64,000 nt of DNA from an uncultured bacterium. Its GTDB lineage: Bacteria > Acidobacteriota > HRBIN11 > JAKEFK01. The notes beneath the pieces were generated by a model. It had not been told where the DNA came from and ran no database searches. It was given only the letters and a program-made list of their open reading frames with translations. Each line of letters opens with the position of its first letter. Position 1 is the stretch's first letter. Of this stretch, positions 49,001 to 58,369 are shown one piece after another. The DNA lies in assembly GCA_963777505.1 (NCBI GenBank), contig CAVZQN010000004.1, positions 1,056,001 through 1,120,000 on the forward strand. Reading direction: 5' to 3'. The position numbers were made by a program, and so were the translations under genes.

Positions 49001-50098
49001 TTTCGCATTCATCTTGATCGTCCGATTGCATTCTTTCCAGCACTACTCGCGGATACATCATGTGCGATCGTGCCTGAAGGAACTCCAAGGATCGGATTTA
49101 ACTGGAAAGAAGATTGTGCCGGAACCGGACCGTTTCGTGTAACAAGATTTGAACCAGGGAAGATCTTAGAACTCGAACCTTTTCTTGAGTACTGGCGGCC
49201 TGGTCTTCCTAAATGTCAAAGACTGGTTTACACATTCGGTGTTGCGCCGGATCAAATCCTCAGTGGATTCCGTTCTGGTTTGTTTTCGTTAGCCTGGGAT
49301 CTTCATCCAGAGAGTGTAGAAGAGCTGTTGCGCGATACTCTTTTTGGGGCTCAATACAAAGAGAACCCAAGTCTTTCTACTTACTATCTTGCAATGAATG
49401 CAAATCATGGCACTTTAAAGGATGAAAAACTTCGTCATGAGTTAATTCGATCGTTAGACGTTCAATCACTTGTTACGAATTATGCCGGGCGTTCTGCAAT
49501 TCCTGCAGTCGGTCTCATTCCACCAGGTTTGCTTGGATATGAGCCGCCGATTCTGGACAGCCCTGAGGTTGTAAGGACTGACAGTGTTACAACAGAAGCT
49601 CTACGCATTGCGGATCATGAAATAGACTTGTCGGGAAATGTTCATCCAATATTTGACGGGCCTTACGCCACTTTTCAAAGTGAAATATTGAATGCGCTCA
49701 AACATAAAGGATTTACTGTTCATGGAATTGAACAAAAATGTCGTACCGATCAGCCTCCTCCGCAAAATGCCAATTTTGAATTAGGGCGATGGATCGCTGA
49801 TTATCCAGATCCGGATGGTGTGTTTTACTTGTTGTTGCAATCGGAAAATGGATTATTAGGGAAATTTTGTGGATCAAAAGAATTGGATGAATTAATAAAT
49901 CGAGGCCGTTCGGAAATAAATCCACTCGCGCGACATCAACATTATCGCGAAATAGAACGCTATATTTCGGATCACGCGCTCTTGTTGCCTTTGTTTCATG
50001 AACAATCTTATCGATTTGCGTTGAAAGAAGTTCAGGAATTCGAAGTTTCTTATAGCCGCCCCGTCGTTCCTTACGAAAAACTCTGGATCCAACGCTAA
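46051..50098 (+). CDS. Hanks-type Ser/Thr kinase - AAA/STAND-like ATPase - TPR - SBP_bac_5 fusion (~1350 aa); frameshift near 48247
   Basis: GEGSMGVVY, VAIK, HRDIKPEN, DFG; Walker A GDAGVGKS and Walker B IIVLEDL; TEGNPYF; family-5 SBP motifs FHNGKTLTARDV and GTGPFRV. Removing one G (AGAGGCC -> AGA GCC) joins IRALEMVLEF. Confidence 0.85.
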
Positions 50099-50190
50099 CC
50101 TCTCCCGCACCCCTGCTCCTCCGCATCTGATTTAATGAACAACGGTTAATAATTGTATAGAACGCTAGATCGAAAAAGTGGAGGGCTAAA

Positions 50191-50553
50191 ATGAGTAAGC
50201 CAGTTCTAGGAATGATTTTAGGAGCAATACTCGGAGTGTTCGATGGGCTGTCCGCGTTGTTTACGCCTGAAGTAGCTCCGATGATTGTTGGAATCGTGAT
50301 TGGTTCGACTATTAAAGGCCTTATTTCTGGTGTTTTGATCGGTTTGTTTGCCAGGCGATATAAGTCGCTTCCCTTAGGCATTGTTTTTGGATTATTAGTA
50401 GGACTTCTGCTTGCATATTTGATTGCCGCAATGCCATCGGAAGATGGAAAGCATTATTACTTTGAAATCATGTTGCCTGGTGCGATTCTTGGAATCATTG
50501 TCGGTTATGCGACCCAAAAGTATGGCCGTTCCACTTCTGCCTCTTTGCGGTAA
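50191..50553 (+). CDS. Small 4-TM membrane protein
   Basis: Gly-rich TM helices; GGAGG RBS. Confidence 0.75.
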   Translation: MSKPVLGMILGAILGVFDGLSALFTPEVAPMIVGIVIGSTIKGLISGVLIGLFARRYKSLPLGIVFGLLVGLLLAYLIAAMPSEDGKHYYFEIMLPGAILGIIVGYATQKYGRSTSASLR

Positions 50554-50567
50554 TACAATGTACACTT

Positions 50568-51455
50568 GTGAAAAGCCATGCAGTCCGCGGTGCAATCAAT
50601 TTAGTATTGAGCACCTTCTTTTTTGGAATTGCCGCAGCCCTGATTAAACTTCTCAGCACTGAATATTCCATTTTTGAGATTGCATTCTTTCGCAACTTCT
50701 TTGGTTTAGTCCCTGCTATTTGGATGAGCAGCCGCCGTGGTATTGCAGGCTTTCATAGCGCTCGTCCTTTTGCGCACTTTATGAGAGGCTTTTACGGCAT
50801 CTTCTCCATGTTTACAATTTTTTATGCTTATTCTTTGATCCCATTGCCAGATGCGACAGCAATTTCATTCGCAGCACCATTATTTATCACTGCGCTTTCA
50901 GTTCCATTGCTCAATGAAAAAGTTGGACGCCATCGTTGGACTGCAGTGCTTGTTGGACTAGTAGGTGTATTGATTGTACTTAGGCCTGGCAGCGGAATGC
51001 TAACGCGTGGTGGAACCGCTGCTTTATCATCAGCATTCTTTTATGCATTGGCAATGATCAGCTTACGCAAACTGCGAGACACAGAAAACACAGAAGTAAC
51101 AACTTTGTATTTCACTTTTTTCGCGAGTGTTGTCACAGGAATCATGGTGCCTTTTTTTTGGAAGACACCAGATTTGCACGGAGGATTAATGCTTACCTGC
51201 GTAGGCTTGCTTTCGGGTGTCGGACAATACTTCATGACAAAAGCATTCGGACAGGCCGAAGTTTCAGCCATAAGCCCGTTCATTTATGCATCCATCATCT
51301 GGTCAACTGTGTTCGGTATTTTGATCTGGAACCATATTCCAATATGGAGCACGCTTCTTGGAACCAGCATCATCATCCTCAGCGGAATCTATATTTTGCA
51401 TCGCGAACGTGTCCGCTCGGTGACTCGTGAAACCGTCCCAGTCCCCGAACCATAG
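50568..51455 (+). CDS. DMT/EamA family transporter
   Basis: EIAFFR, DATAISFAAPLF, LNEKVG..RW, VLRPG, ISPFIY; about 10 TMs. Confidence 0.92.
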   Translation: MKSHAVRGAINLVLSTFFFGIAAALIKLLSTEYSIFEIAFFRNFFGLVPAIWMSSRRGIAGFHSARPFAHFMRGFYGIFSMFTIFYAYSLIPLPDATAISFAAPLFITALSVPLLNEKVGRHRWTAVLVGLVGVLIVLRPGSGMLTRGGTAALSSAFFYALAMISLRKLRDTENTEVTTLYFTFFASVVTGIMVPFFWKTPDLHGGLMLTCVGLLSGVGQYFMTKAFGQAEVSAISPFIYASIIWSTVFGILIWNHIPIWSTLLGTSIIILSGIYILHRERVRSVTRETVPVPEP

Positions 51456-51459
51456 CTCT

Positions 51460-51560
51460 TAGGGAGCGCGGGCATCTTGCCCGCGAGTAAATCATAAATC
51501 CGAAGAATGCGGACTGGAAGTCCGCGGTCCCTAATGCAGGCTGGAAGCCTGCGCTCCCTA
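51460..51560. repeat. GGGAGCGC-type REP cluster
   Basis: TAGGGAGCGC...GCGCTCCCTA termini, three hairpins; matches 34971-35051. Confidence 0.8.
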
Positions 51561-51620
51561 TTCCATTGAAACCCTAATCTCTGTGTCTCGAAGCTAACCT
51601 TTGCGTCTCTGCGGTTCTAT

Positions 51621-51648
51621 TTGACCTTTGTGTCTTTGTGGTTAAAAT
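51621..51648 (+). promoter_or_regulatory. Putative sigma70 promoter for top6BA, overlapping a short repeat
   Basis: TTGACC-N16-TAAAAT; GGAG immediately before the ATG at 51688. Confidence 0.5.
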
Positions 51649-51687
51649 AGTTCAACAAAAAGCCTGAATACAGGATGGATACTGGAG

Positions 51688-53499
51688 ATGAAAGCTGATT
51701 TGAGGAAAGAGGTGGCGCCTCGACCTGCGCCAAAAAAAATTCAAAAAGTTCACGCTGCCAGCGCGGCAGAAATGGGTGCTCGCCAGCGCGAGATATCGGT
51801 ATCAGAATTTTTCACGAAGAATCGTCATCTTCTTGGTTTTGATAATCCACGTAAAGCTCTACTGACGTGTGTAAAAGAAGCTGTCGATAATTCGCTTGAT
51901 GCTTGTGAAGAAGCTCACATACTTCCTGAAGTTCACGTCCGGATTGATGTGGTTGCTGTCAATGGCACTGTTTTGCCGCCTTCTCAAGCGACTCGTTTCC
52001 GTCTCACCATAACGGACAATGGACCTGGCATCGTGAAGGAACAAATACCCAAGATATTTGCAAAGCTTCTTTACGGTTCCAAGTTCCATCGATTGAGAAT
52101 GAGCCGGGGTCAGCAAGGAATCGGGATTTCAGCAGCCGGGATGTATGGTCAGTTAACAACAGGGAAACCTGTTCGTATTATTTCGCGAACGAGCGATCGG
52201 AAGCCTGCTAACTTTTTCGAAATTCAGATTGATACAAAAAAGAATGAACCGATCATTCACAAGCGCACAGAAATGGATTGGCATCATGCGCGTGGAACAG
52301 AAGTCAGTATTGAACTTGAGGGTCGATATCAAAAAGGACGCGCTTCTGTGGATGAATATTTGGAATTAACAAGTATTTCCAACCCGCATGCAACGCTTTC
52401 TTATCAATCACCGGAAGGTCAAATCATTCAATATCCAAGAACGTTTCATGAATTGCCGCCGCCAACAAGGGAAATTAAACCGCATCCTTACGGCATTGAG
52501 CTTGGAATTTTGTTGAAGATGCTTCATGACACAAAAAGCCATTGGATTTCCGGGTTTTTAACAAGCGATTTTTCGCGAGTCTCACCGCGTACGGCCGGAG
52601 AGATTTGTCAAAAAGCAGGAGTGGATCCGCGTTCACATCCAAGAAAAATTGCACGCGATCAGGCGGAAAAGTTATATCAAGCCATTCAGAATACGAAAAT
52701 TATGGCGCCGCCTACAGATTGTATTTCGCCGATCGGAGAAAAAGCGATTCTTGCAGGATTGTACAAACAAATTCGTGGAGATTTTTATACGGCTGCGACT
52801 CGTCCACCTGCGGTGTATCGCGGAAATCCTTTCGTGATTGAAGTTGGACTTGCCTATGGAACAGGAGATGGATCGACTTCGCTTGAACGTAAAGCGCAGG
52901 CTCTTGCAGAAGGTGAATCCAATGACGAAGACACTGAACAAGCACGTGTGCTCCGTTATGCGAATCGCGTTCCATTGGTGTATCAACAATCGGGATGTTC
53001 TGCGTATAAGTCTGTTATTGATACAGCCTGGAAAAATTATGGCGTACCACAATCACGCGGGGCATTGCCGCAGGGTCCAATTGTGGTCTTCATCCATATG
53101 GCATCCGTATGGGTTCCCTTTACAAGTGAATCAAAAGAAGCAATAGCTGATTATGATGAAATCCGGAAAGAAATGAAGCTTGCGTTGCAGGAATGCGGAC
53201 GCCGGCTGGGTACATATCTACGGCGGCGCGAACATGCAAAAAGCGAATTTAACAGGCGGAATATTTTTGCGCTATATATCGAAGAAGTTGCAGAAGCCTG
53301 CGGACGACTGAAACCAAAGAAGCTTGATATTGAAAAGTTAAAGAAACAACTCTTAAAGATTGCTATCAATAAAACCGGCGGACTAAAAACGGATGAACTA
53401 TTAGGTAAGAAGAAAAAAGATTTACCTGAAGACTTGCCGCATTCGATTATCGTTACGCCTGACGGTGTAGAGGGAGAGGTTCCGGAGAGCGATGAGTGA
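51688..53499 (+). CDS. top6B: DNA topoisomerase VI subunit B
   Basis: ISVSEFF.KN.HLLGF, KEAVDNSLDACE, DNGPGI, LLYGSKF, SRGQQGIGIS, KPHPYG, RYANRVPL, VPFTSESKEAI. Confidence 0.96.
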   Translation: MKADLRKEVAPRPAPKKIQKVHAASAAEMGARQREISVSEFFTKNRHLLGFDNPRKALLTCVKEAVDNSLDACEEAHILPEVHVRIDVVAVNGTVLPPSQATRFRLTITDNGPGIVKEQIPKIFAKLLYGSKFHRLRMSRGQQGIGISAAGMYGQLTTGKPVRIISRTSDRKPANFFEIQIDTKKNEPIIHKRTEMDWHHARGTEVSIELEGRYQKGRASVDEYLELTSISNPHATLSYQSPEGQIIQYPRTFHELPPPTREIKPHPYGIELGILLKMLHDTKSHWISGFLTSDFSRVSPRTAGEICQKAGVDPRSHPRKIARDQAEKLYQAIQNTKIMAPPTDCISPIGEKAILAGLYKQIRGDFYTAATRPPAVYRGNPFVIEVGLAYGTGDGSTSLERKAQALAEGESNDEDTEQARVLRYANRVPLVYQQSGCSAYKSVIDTAWKNYGVPQSRGALPQGPIVVFIHMASVWVPFTSESKEAIADYDEIRKEMKLALQECGRRLGTYLRRREHAKSEFNRRNIFALYIEEVAEACGRLKPKKLDIEKLKKQLLKIAINKTGGLKTDELLGKKKKDLPEDLPHSIIVTPDGVEGEVPESDE

Positions 53500-53529
53500 T
53501 GCGGGATGCGGGATGTGAGATGAGAGATG
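53498..53529. repeat. Heptamer tandem repeat (GATGCGG-like) forming the top6B-top6A spacer
   Basis: GATGCGG GATGCGG GATGTGA GATGAGA GATG; the last ATG is the top6A start. Confidence 0.6.
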
Positions 53530-54651
53530 AGTAAAAATATGAAGACGAAAACGACTGTCAAGAAAGTAAAAAAGGATGTAGAAGGACGGCTCATTTCAGT
53601 AGCCGATGAAGTTGTTTCTGCTGCAAAATCAAATCGAAGTCCTGCGATTCAAATTCCAAGTCGTACATTGTCGAATGTGAACTACAACTCCAAACGCGGC
53701 ATTATCGAAATGGGAAAAGGGAAGCAGGAGCGTTTATTTTTCAACACAGGCATGGCAAAAAAGTTCATGCAAACGGTTCTGGTTGCGGATGCTCTTGCAG
53801 AATTACAGAGACAGGATCTAACGACTTCACTTCGCGAAATTTATTATCGTACAAAACACACGATCAAAGATTCACATGAAAATACATTCGATTCGCAGGG
53901 AGAATCGGATCCGATTATTGAAGATCTTGAGGTAGCTCTAGATTCTTTACGCGAGGAATTGCATGTTCGCGCTGAAAATACAGGAACCGTCGTTGGTCCA
54001 CTCGTTATGGTGGATGATGGCGATACGATTGACTGTACCCGATTAGGCAAAGGCGGATATTCGGTTCCTTCCATCGTTGAACCTGAATACATTCAGATTA
54101 AGAAATGCACAGCGGATTTTGTTTTGCTTGTAGAAAAAGGCACTCAGTGGAACCGTCTATCGGAAGATAAATTCTGGAAAAAACATAATTGCATTTTGTT
54201 AACTGGAAACGGACAACCCCCGCGAGGTGTCCGCAGACTTTCGCGCCGTTTGAATGAGGAATACAAGCTTCCCGTCTATGTGCTTGTTGATAATGATCCA
54301 TGGGGCTATTACATTTTTTCAGTTGTTAAACAAGGTTCCATCAGCCTTGCATATGAATCGCAACGGATGGCTGTGCCTGATGCAAAATTCCTGGGTCTCT
54401 CCAGCGGCGATGCTGAGGAACATGGTCTGCCGAGAAATGTTGGTATCAAGTTGAACGACAAAGATATCGCGCGCGCAAAAGAAATTCTGAACTATCCATG
54501 GTTTCAAAAGAAGCATTGGCAATCTGAAATCAAGCAAATGCTTGCTTCAGGTTTGAAATATGAATTGGATGCGCTTGCGAATAAAAACTTTCGCTATCTC
54601 ACCACAGATTACTTGCCGAAAAAACTGAAAAGCAAAAAGTGGTTGGATTAA
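53527..54651 (+). CDS. top6A: DNA topoisomerase VI subunit A (Spo11 family)
   Basis: Catalytic Tyr in LREIYY; F..Q.ESD.IIEDLE; Toprim LVEK and DNDPWG; GQP..GVRR; KYELDAL. Confidence 0.96.
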   Translation: MSKNMKTKTTVKKVKKDVEGRLISVADEVVSAAKSNRSPAIQIPSRTLSNVNYNSKRGIIEMGKGKQERLFFNTGMAKKFMQTVLVADALAELQRQDLTTSLREIYYRTKHTIKDSHENTFDSQGESDPIIEDLEVALDSLREELHVRAENTGTVVGPLVMVDDGDTIDCTRLGKGGYSVPSIVEPEYIQIKKCTADFVLLVEKGTQWNRLSEDKFWKKHNCILLTGNGQPPRGVRRLSRRLNEEYKLPVYVLVDNDPWGYYIFSVVKQGSISLAYESQRMAVPDAKFLGLSSGDAEEHGLPRNVGIKLNDKDIARAKEILNYPWFQKKHWQSEIKQMLASGLKYELDALANKNFRYLTTDYLPKKLKSKKWLD

Positions 54652-54675
54652 GCTTTGACGTCTCTGCGGTAAAAT

Positions 54676-56331
54676 CTACATCGTTGAAGAAGTCAGTTTA
54701 ACGTCGGCGCCAGCCCACGCTTTTTCGAAATCACTTGCGACTGTTGCTGCTTCTTTTGTTTTGCCTTGCGCTTCCAGACTCTGACGTAACCCGATCAGCG
54801 ACCAACCATTCTTTGGAAATTTGGTGAGTTCATCCCGATACACTTTCTCTGCTTCAACAGGCTTTTTCGCTTTTAACAAGATTGCGCCAAGATAATGTCG
54901 TGTTGGATTGTTCCATGGCGGCGGCTCGTCATACGTTAAATTATCTTCAACCTGAACCGCCTCATTGAGATGCTTCAACGCCGCATTCAAATCACCGGAT
55001 GCGCCTGCAACTTCTCCTGCAAGATGAGCTCGAGCAATATGCATCAGATCAACCGTACTGTTGATATCAAACAAAGTCACTTCTTTTAGAACAGGATTTG
55101 CGGCAATTTCAGTTACGGCTTGAAGTTCTTTTTTTGCTTCCTCCAACTTCCCTGTACGGACATACGCAATGCCTCGCGCATAATGATAGACACCGTTTGG
55201 ATAAACTAAAGCTTTGTCTGGGGCCGGTGTTTTGAGAATTTCATTCCATTTTCCAAATCGGATCATCACATAGGTTGGAATCATATGAAAATGTTGAAGG
55301 ACGCCATTACCCTTTTCACGCATTAACTTGGGATCTACTTTTGATCGAGTATTGTTTGCAGCCTCCATCGCAAGTTTGCTATTTCCTTCAAGAGTTGCAC
55401 TGGAGGATAAAAAATGATGGTTATGAGGAACATAAGCCGCAGAATATGGACCCGGCGCATGACATCCGGCTAGATATTCGTTATCCGAGTTGATTGCTTT
55501 TTCATTTGCTGCGGATGCTTTCCGATAATTTCCAGTACGGATGTAAATATGAGCCGGCATATGAACTAAATGTCCTGCAGCTGGTACCAAAACGTTGAGA
55601 CGCTCTGCCATGGGCAATCCTCTTTCAGGATCTTTGGATGCTTCAACAGCGTGAATGAAAAAGTGATTGGCTCCCGGATGGTTTTGATTCCGTTTCATGA
55701 CGGATTCCAGTGTGGAAACAATCTCAGCGGTCCAGGGTTGAGGTGCCCGAGTATCTTTCGTGTAGTAATCCCAGGGATGAACATCCATTAAAGCTTCTGC
55801 AAACAAGGTTGCAGCATCAAGATCATCTGGATATTTCTTCGCAACATCCCGCATCGCATTTGCATATGCGACATTTAATGAAGTGCGATCATCGACAGGT
55901 GTGGATGCATATCTTGTTGCAAGCGCTTTTATATACGCTTGTTCTTTTTCGCTTGCTTTGTTCATCAAAGAAATGGCTTTTTGTATCGCCGCATATGCTG
56001 GAGAAACTGCTTCGTCGTTCATTGCCATGTTGATATTAGGACCTTGTACAAGCGCGATGCCCCAATAACACATTGCACAACTGGGATCGAGGCGGGCTGC
56101 TTCACGAAACGAACGTTCGGCTTCAGCATGATTAAAAGCGTATGAAAGTGTAAAGCCTTGATCAAAAAACTTTTGGGCTTGTGGAACGTTGGTCGAAATT
56201 TTATGGTGATACGAACCGAGTCCTTCCATTAGAGTGGCCGGACCTATTTCCTGAGCAAAGACAATTCCAGATAATAGTACTATAACTATAGTACTATAAC
56301 AAATAAGACTTGCGCCATTCAGTTTTCTCAT
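54676..56331 (-). CDS. Secreted TPR-containing protein with His-rich motifs
   Basis: Signal peptide; AQKFFDQG..YAFNHAEA.RSF; HPGANHFFIH; GHLVHMPAHIY; HNHHFL; YDEPPPW; NGWSL.GL. Confidence 0.85.
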   Translation of the reverse strand: MRKLNGASLICYSTIVIVLLSGIVFAQEIGPATLMEGLGSYHHKISTNVPQAQKFFDQGFTLSYAFNHAEAERSFREAARLDPSCAMCYWGIALVQGPNINMAMNDEAVSPAYAAIQKAISLMNKASEKEQAYIKALATRYASTPVDDRTSLNVAYANAMRDVAKKYPDDLDAATLFAEALMDVHPWDYYTKDTRAPQPWTAEIVSTLESVMKRNQNHPGANHFFIHAVEASKDPERGLPMAERLNVLVPAAGHLVHMPAHIYIRTGNYRKASAANEKAINSDNEYLAGCHAPGPYSAAYVPHNHHFLSSSATLEGNSKLAMEAANNTRSKVDPKLMREKGNGVLQHFHMIPTYVMIRFGKWNEILKTPAPDKALVYPNGVYHYARGIAYVRTGKLEEAKKELQAVTEIAANPVLKEVTLFDINSTVDLMHIARAHLAGEVAGASGDLNAALKHLNEAVQVEDNLTYDEPPPWNNPTRHYLGAILLKAKKPVEAEKVYRDELTKFPKNGWSLIGLRQSLEAQGKTKEAATVASDFEKAWAGADVKLTSSTM

Positions 56332-56348
56332 TGAATCCTCATACGATG

Positions 56349-56769
56349 TTATTCCTTAGGTTTGCGGGGAAAAAACAAATATGTAAAAAGTCCTTTTGCT
56401 ACAAGTCGTTCGCCCTGAGTTACCTCCACATCACAGACGCCAATTTTCTTGCCTTTTCTCACAACTGAAGAGCGAGCCGTTAAAGTTCCTCCATCACCAA
56501 GAGCTGGCGATAAGAAATTCAATTTGAATTCAATGCTTGTCATTGTCACATCCGCAGGAAGATCAGGATGAAATGTGTAAACTGCGGCAGTATCTGCGAG
56601 AGCTGCAACGATTGCTCCATGAATGATACCTTCTTCCTGCAAAAGCTCGGCTTTAGGATCCATTGAAATGCATCGCGGATTCGGCCGATCGTGAAATTAG
56701 TTTGAATCCTAAATGACTATTGATCGGAACTTTGTTAAATGATTCAAGTAGTTGTGCTTTTACACTCAT
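56349..56769 (-). CDS. PaaI family hotdog-fold thioesterase; frameshift near 56670
   Basis: ATG at 56769 reads MSVKAQLLESFNKVPINSHLGF; a one-base shift joins GIIHGAIVAALADTA and TSIEFKLNFLSP. Confidence 0.82.
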
Positions 56770-56798
56770 AAACTTGAATTTACCGCAGAGACGCGGAG

Positions 56799-57155
56799 CT
56801 ACATATTGATGACTTGTTCGATTTTGCGGACGAGTTCATTGATGGAGAAAGGTTTTAGAACATAATGCTGCGGTTTTCCAGGCACATCGGATTCACGATA
56901 GGTTAGATAAATAACTGTAATCAGAGCTGGATTTTGTGCCGCAAGAGCCTCAGCGGTTTCTGATGGATTCATTGTGCCTTTCAAATAAGTATCCAACAAA
57001 ACAACTTCCGGTGGATTTGCTCCAGATAATCGCAGCGCTTCTGCGCCGGTTTCTGCAACTCCAGTTACTGTAAGTCCCGCAGCGCGAAGTTTGTTAAGCA
57101 GTTCACCAGTCAGAGTACCAATTTCTTGAACCAGCAAAACCTTAGTCCCCGGCAC
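56799..57155 (-). CDS. Single-domain response regulator with an atypical acidic pocket
   Basis: AETGAEAL, PEVVLLD, IYLT, YVLKPF; first acidic pair reads QE. Confidence 0.75.
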   Translation of the reverse strand: MPGTKVLLVQEIGTLTGELLNKLRAAGLTVTGVAETGAEALRLSGANPPEVVLLDTYLKGTMNPSETAEALAAQNPALITVIYLTYRESDVPGKPQHYVLKPFSINELVRKIEQVINM

Positions 57156-57265
57156 GCTCTTATTGGCCTCCTTGACCTCGCTTCATTTAAAAAATTATCG
57201 TATGACAACGACTTTCCGTTATTCTAACGGAAAAAGTACGAATGTAATAGTGATAGAATCAAGTT

Positions 57266-57625
57266 ATGGTGAACCTGATTTTACGTTTGATCGTAACAAT
57301 TCTCGCGCTTCTACTTACCGACTTTTTTCTAGCCAATTTCAGTCTTCATGGCAGTTGGGTTCAGATTGGCATTTTTGCGATTGTTTTAGGTTTATCGAAT
57401 TGGCTAATTAAACCGATCCTTGTCTTCTTTTCCTTCCCTTTGATTATACTAACAATTGGCCTTTTGTATTTTGTCATTAATGCACTGGTTTTGTACATTG
57501 CTACATTGATCATGCCCGGTGTTCTTACGGCCACACTTCCGGGAATTCTGTTTGGCAGTATTTTAATTTCATTTTTTCACTGGCTTATTTCATATGTCTT
57601 CCGGATCAAGAAGGACGAAGACTAA
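57266..57625 (+). CDS. 4-TM membrane protein (Phage_holin_4_2 / YvlD-like)
   Basis: LGLSNWLIKPIL..FSFPLIILTIGL..FVINA. Confidence 0.85.
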   Translation: MVNLILRLIVTILALLLTDFFLANFSLHGSWVQIGIFAIVLGLSNWLIKPILVFFSFPLIILTIGLLYFVINALVLYIATLIMPGVLTATLPGILFGSILISFFHWLISYVFRIKKDED

Positions 57626-57639
57626 CCATCTCGCATCGC

Positions 57640-58071
57640 CTAAAACTCTTCCTTTCCTGTTCCTAATGCAATAGAAGTATGTGTCTCTTTGATTGCCTTA
57701 TGGCTCAACAATTTTTTGATTTGACGATTCATTATGTCTGTATCTTTGAATTTTCCAATAACGAGTAAATCGAAGCCACCGGTAATTTCATAAACATGCG
57801 TTAGTTGGGGATCCGCCATTAAATCTTTCATTAAGGATGGAATTTTTCCGCCAACTGCTTTTATTAAAGTAATTGCAGTTATTCCAAATCCTAATTTTTG
57901 ATAATCCAATAATGGACGAAATCCTCGAATCATTCCGGACTTTTGCATTGCATGAATCCGTCCAGCTACCGTTGTTGTTGAAATTCCAAGATGTTTTCCA
58001 ATCTGACGCGCTGATGCACGTGCATCTTTCTTCAATTCAGCGATGATTTTCAAATCTAAATCTTTGTACAC
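57640..58071 (-). CDS. Lrp/AsnC family transcriptional regulator
   Basis: LDLKIIAELKKDAR HTH, RIHAMQKSGMIRGF, YEITGGFDL. Confidence 0.92.
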   Translation of the reverse strand: MYKDLDLKIIAELKKDARASARQIGKHLGISTTTVAGRIHAMQKSGMIRGFRPLLDYQKLGFGITAITLIKAVGGKIPSLMKDLMADPQLTHVYEITGGFDLLVIGKFKDTDIMNRQIKKLLSHKAIKETHTSIALGTGKEEF

Positions 58072-58189
58072 TATTTCTCCTCAATTCGACCAAGATTCGA
58101 ACATAATATCAATTATTATCATAATAACTGGATGAACGTCAACATTATAGAGAATAAGCATTCATATGAAGATATTTATTGGAATTCTA

Positions 58190-58219
58190 TTGACAAATGA
58201 CCACGTACGAACATAAAGT
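58190..58219 (+). promoter_or_regulatory. Putative sigma70 promoter divergent from the Lrp gene, with no downstream CDS
   Basis: TTGACA (58190-58195)-N18-TAAAGT (58214-58219). Confidence 0.45.
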
Positions 58220-58369
58220 TAACGTAGATTCGTTAAACGAGGTCAGGTTGCTACGTTCTTAGACTGATGAAAACGGATCGAAGCAATCCATGACTTAGAG
58301 CAAGCCGGGGCGGACTTCCGTTCGCCCCATCATTCTAAGGAAATTCAGTTGGGTGAAGGTCAGCCAATA

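Noticed and set aside
57266-57625. Prophage suggested by the holin-family gene
   Set aside because: This family is common as a stand-alone membrane protein; no phage genes nearby.
58264-58290. Hammerhead ribozyme (CTGATGA core)
   Set aside because: No stem II and no correctly placed GAAA or stem III after the core.
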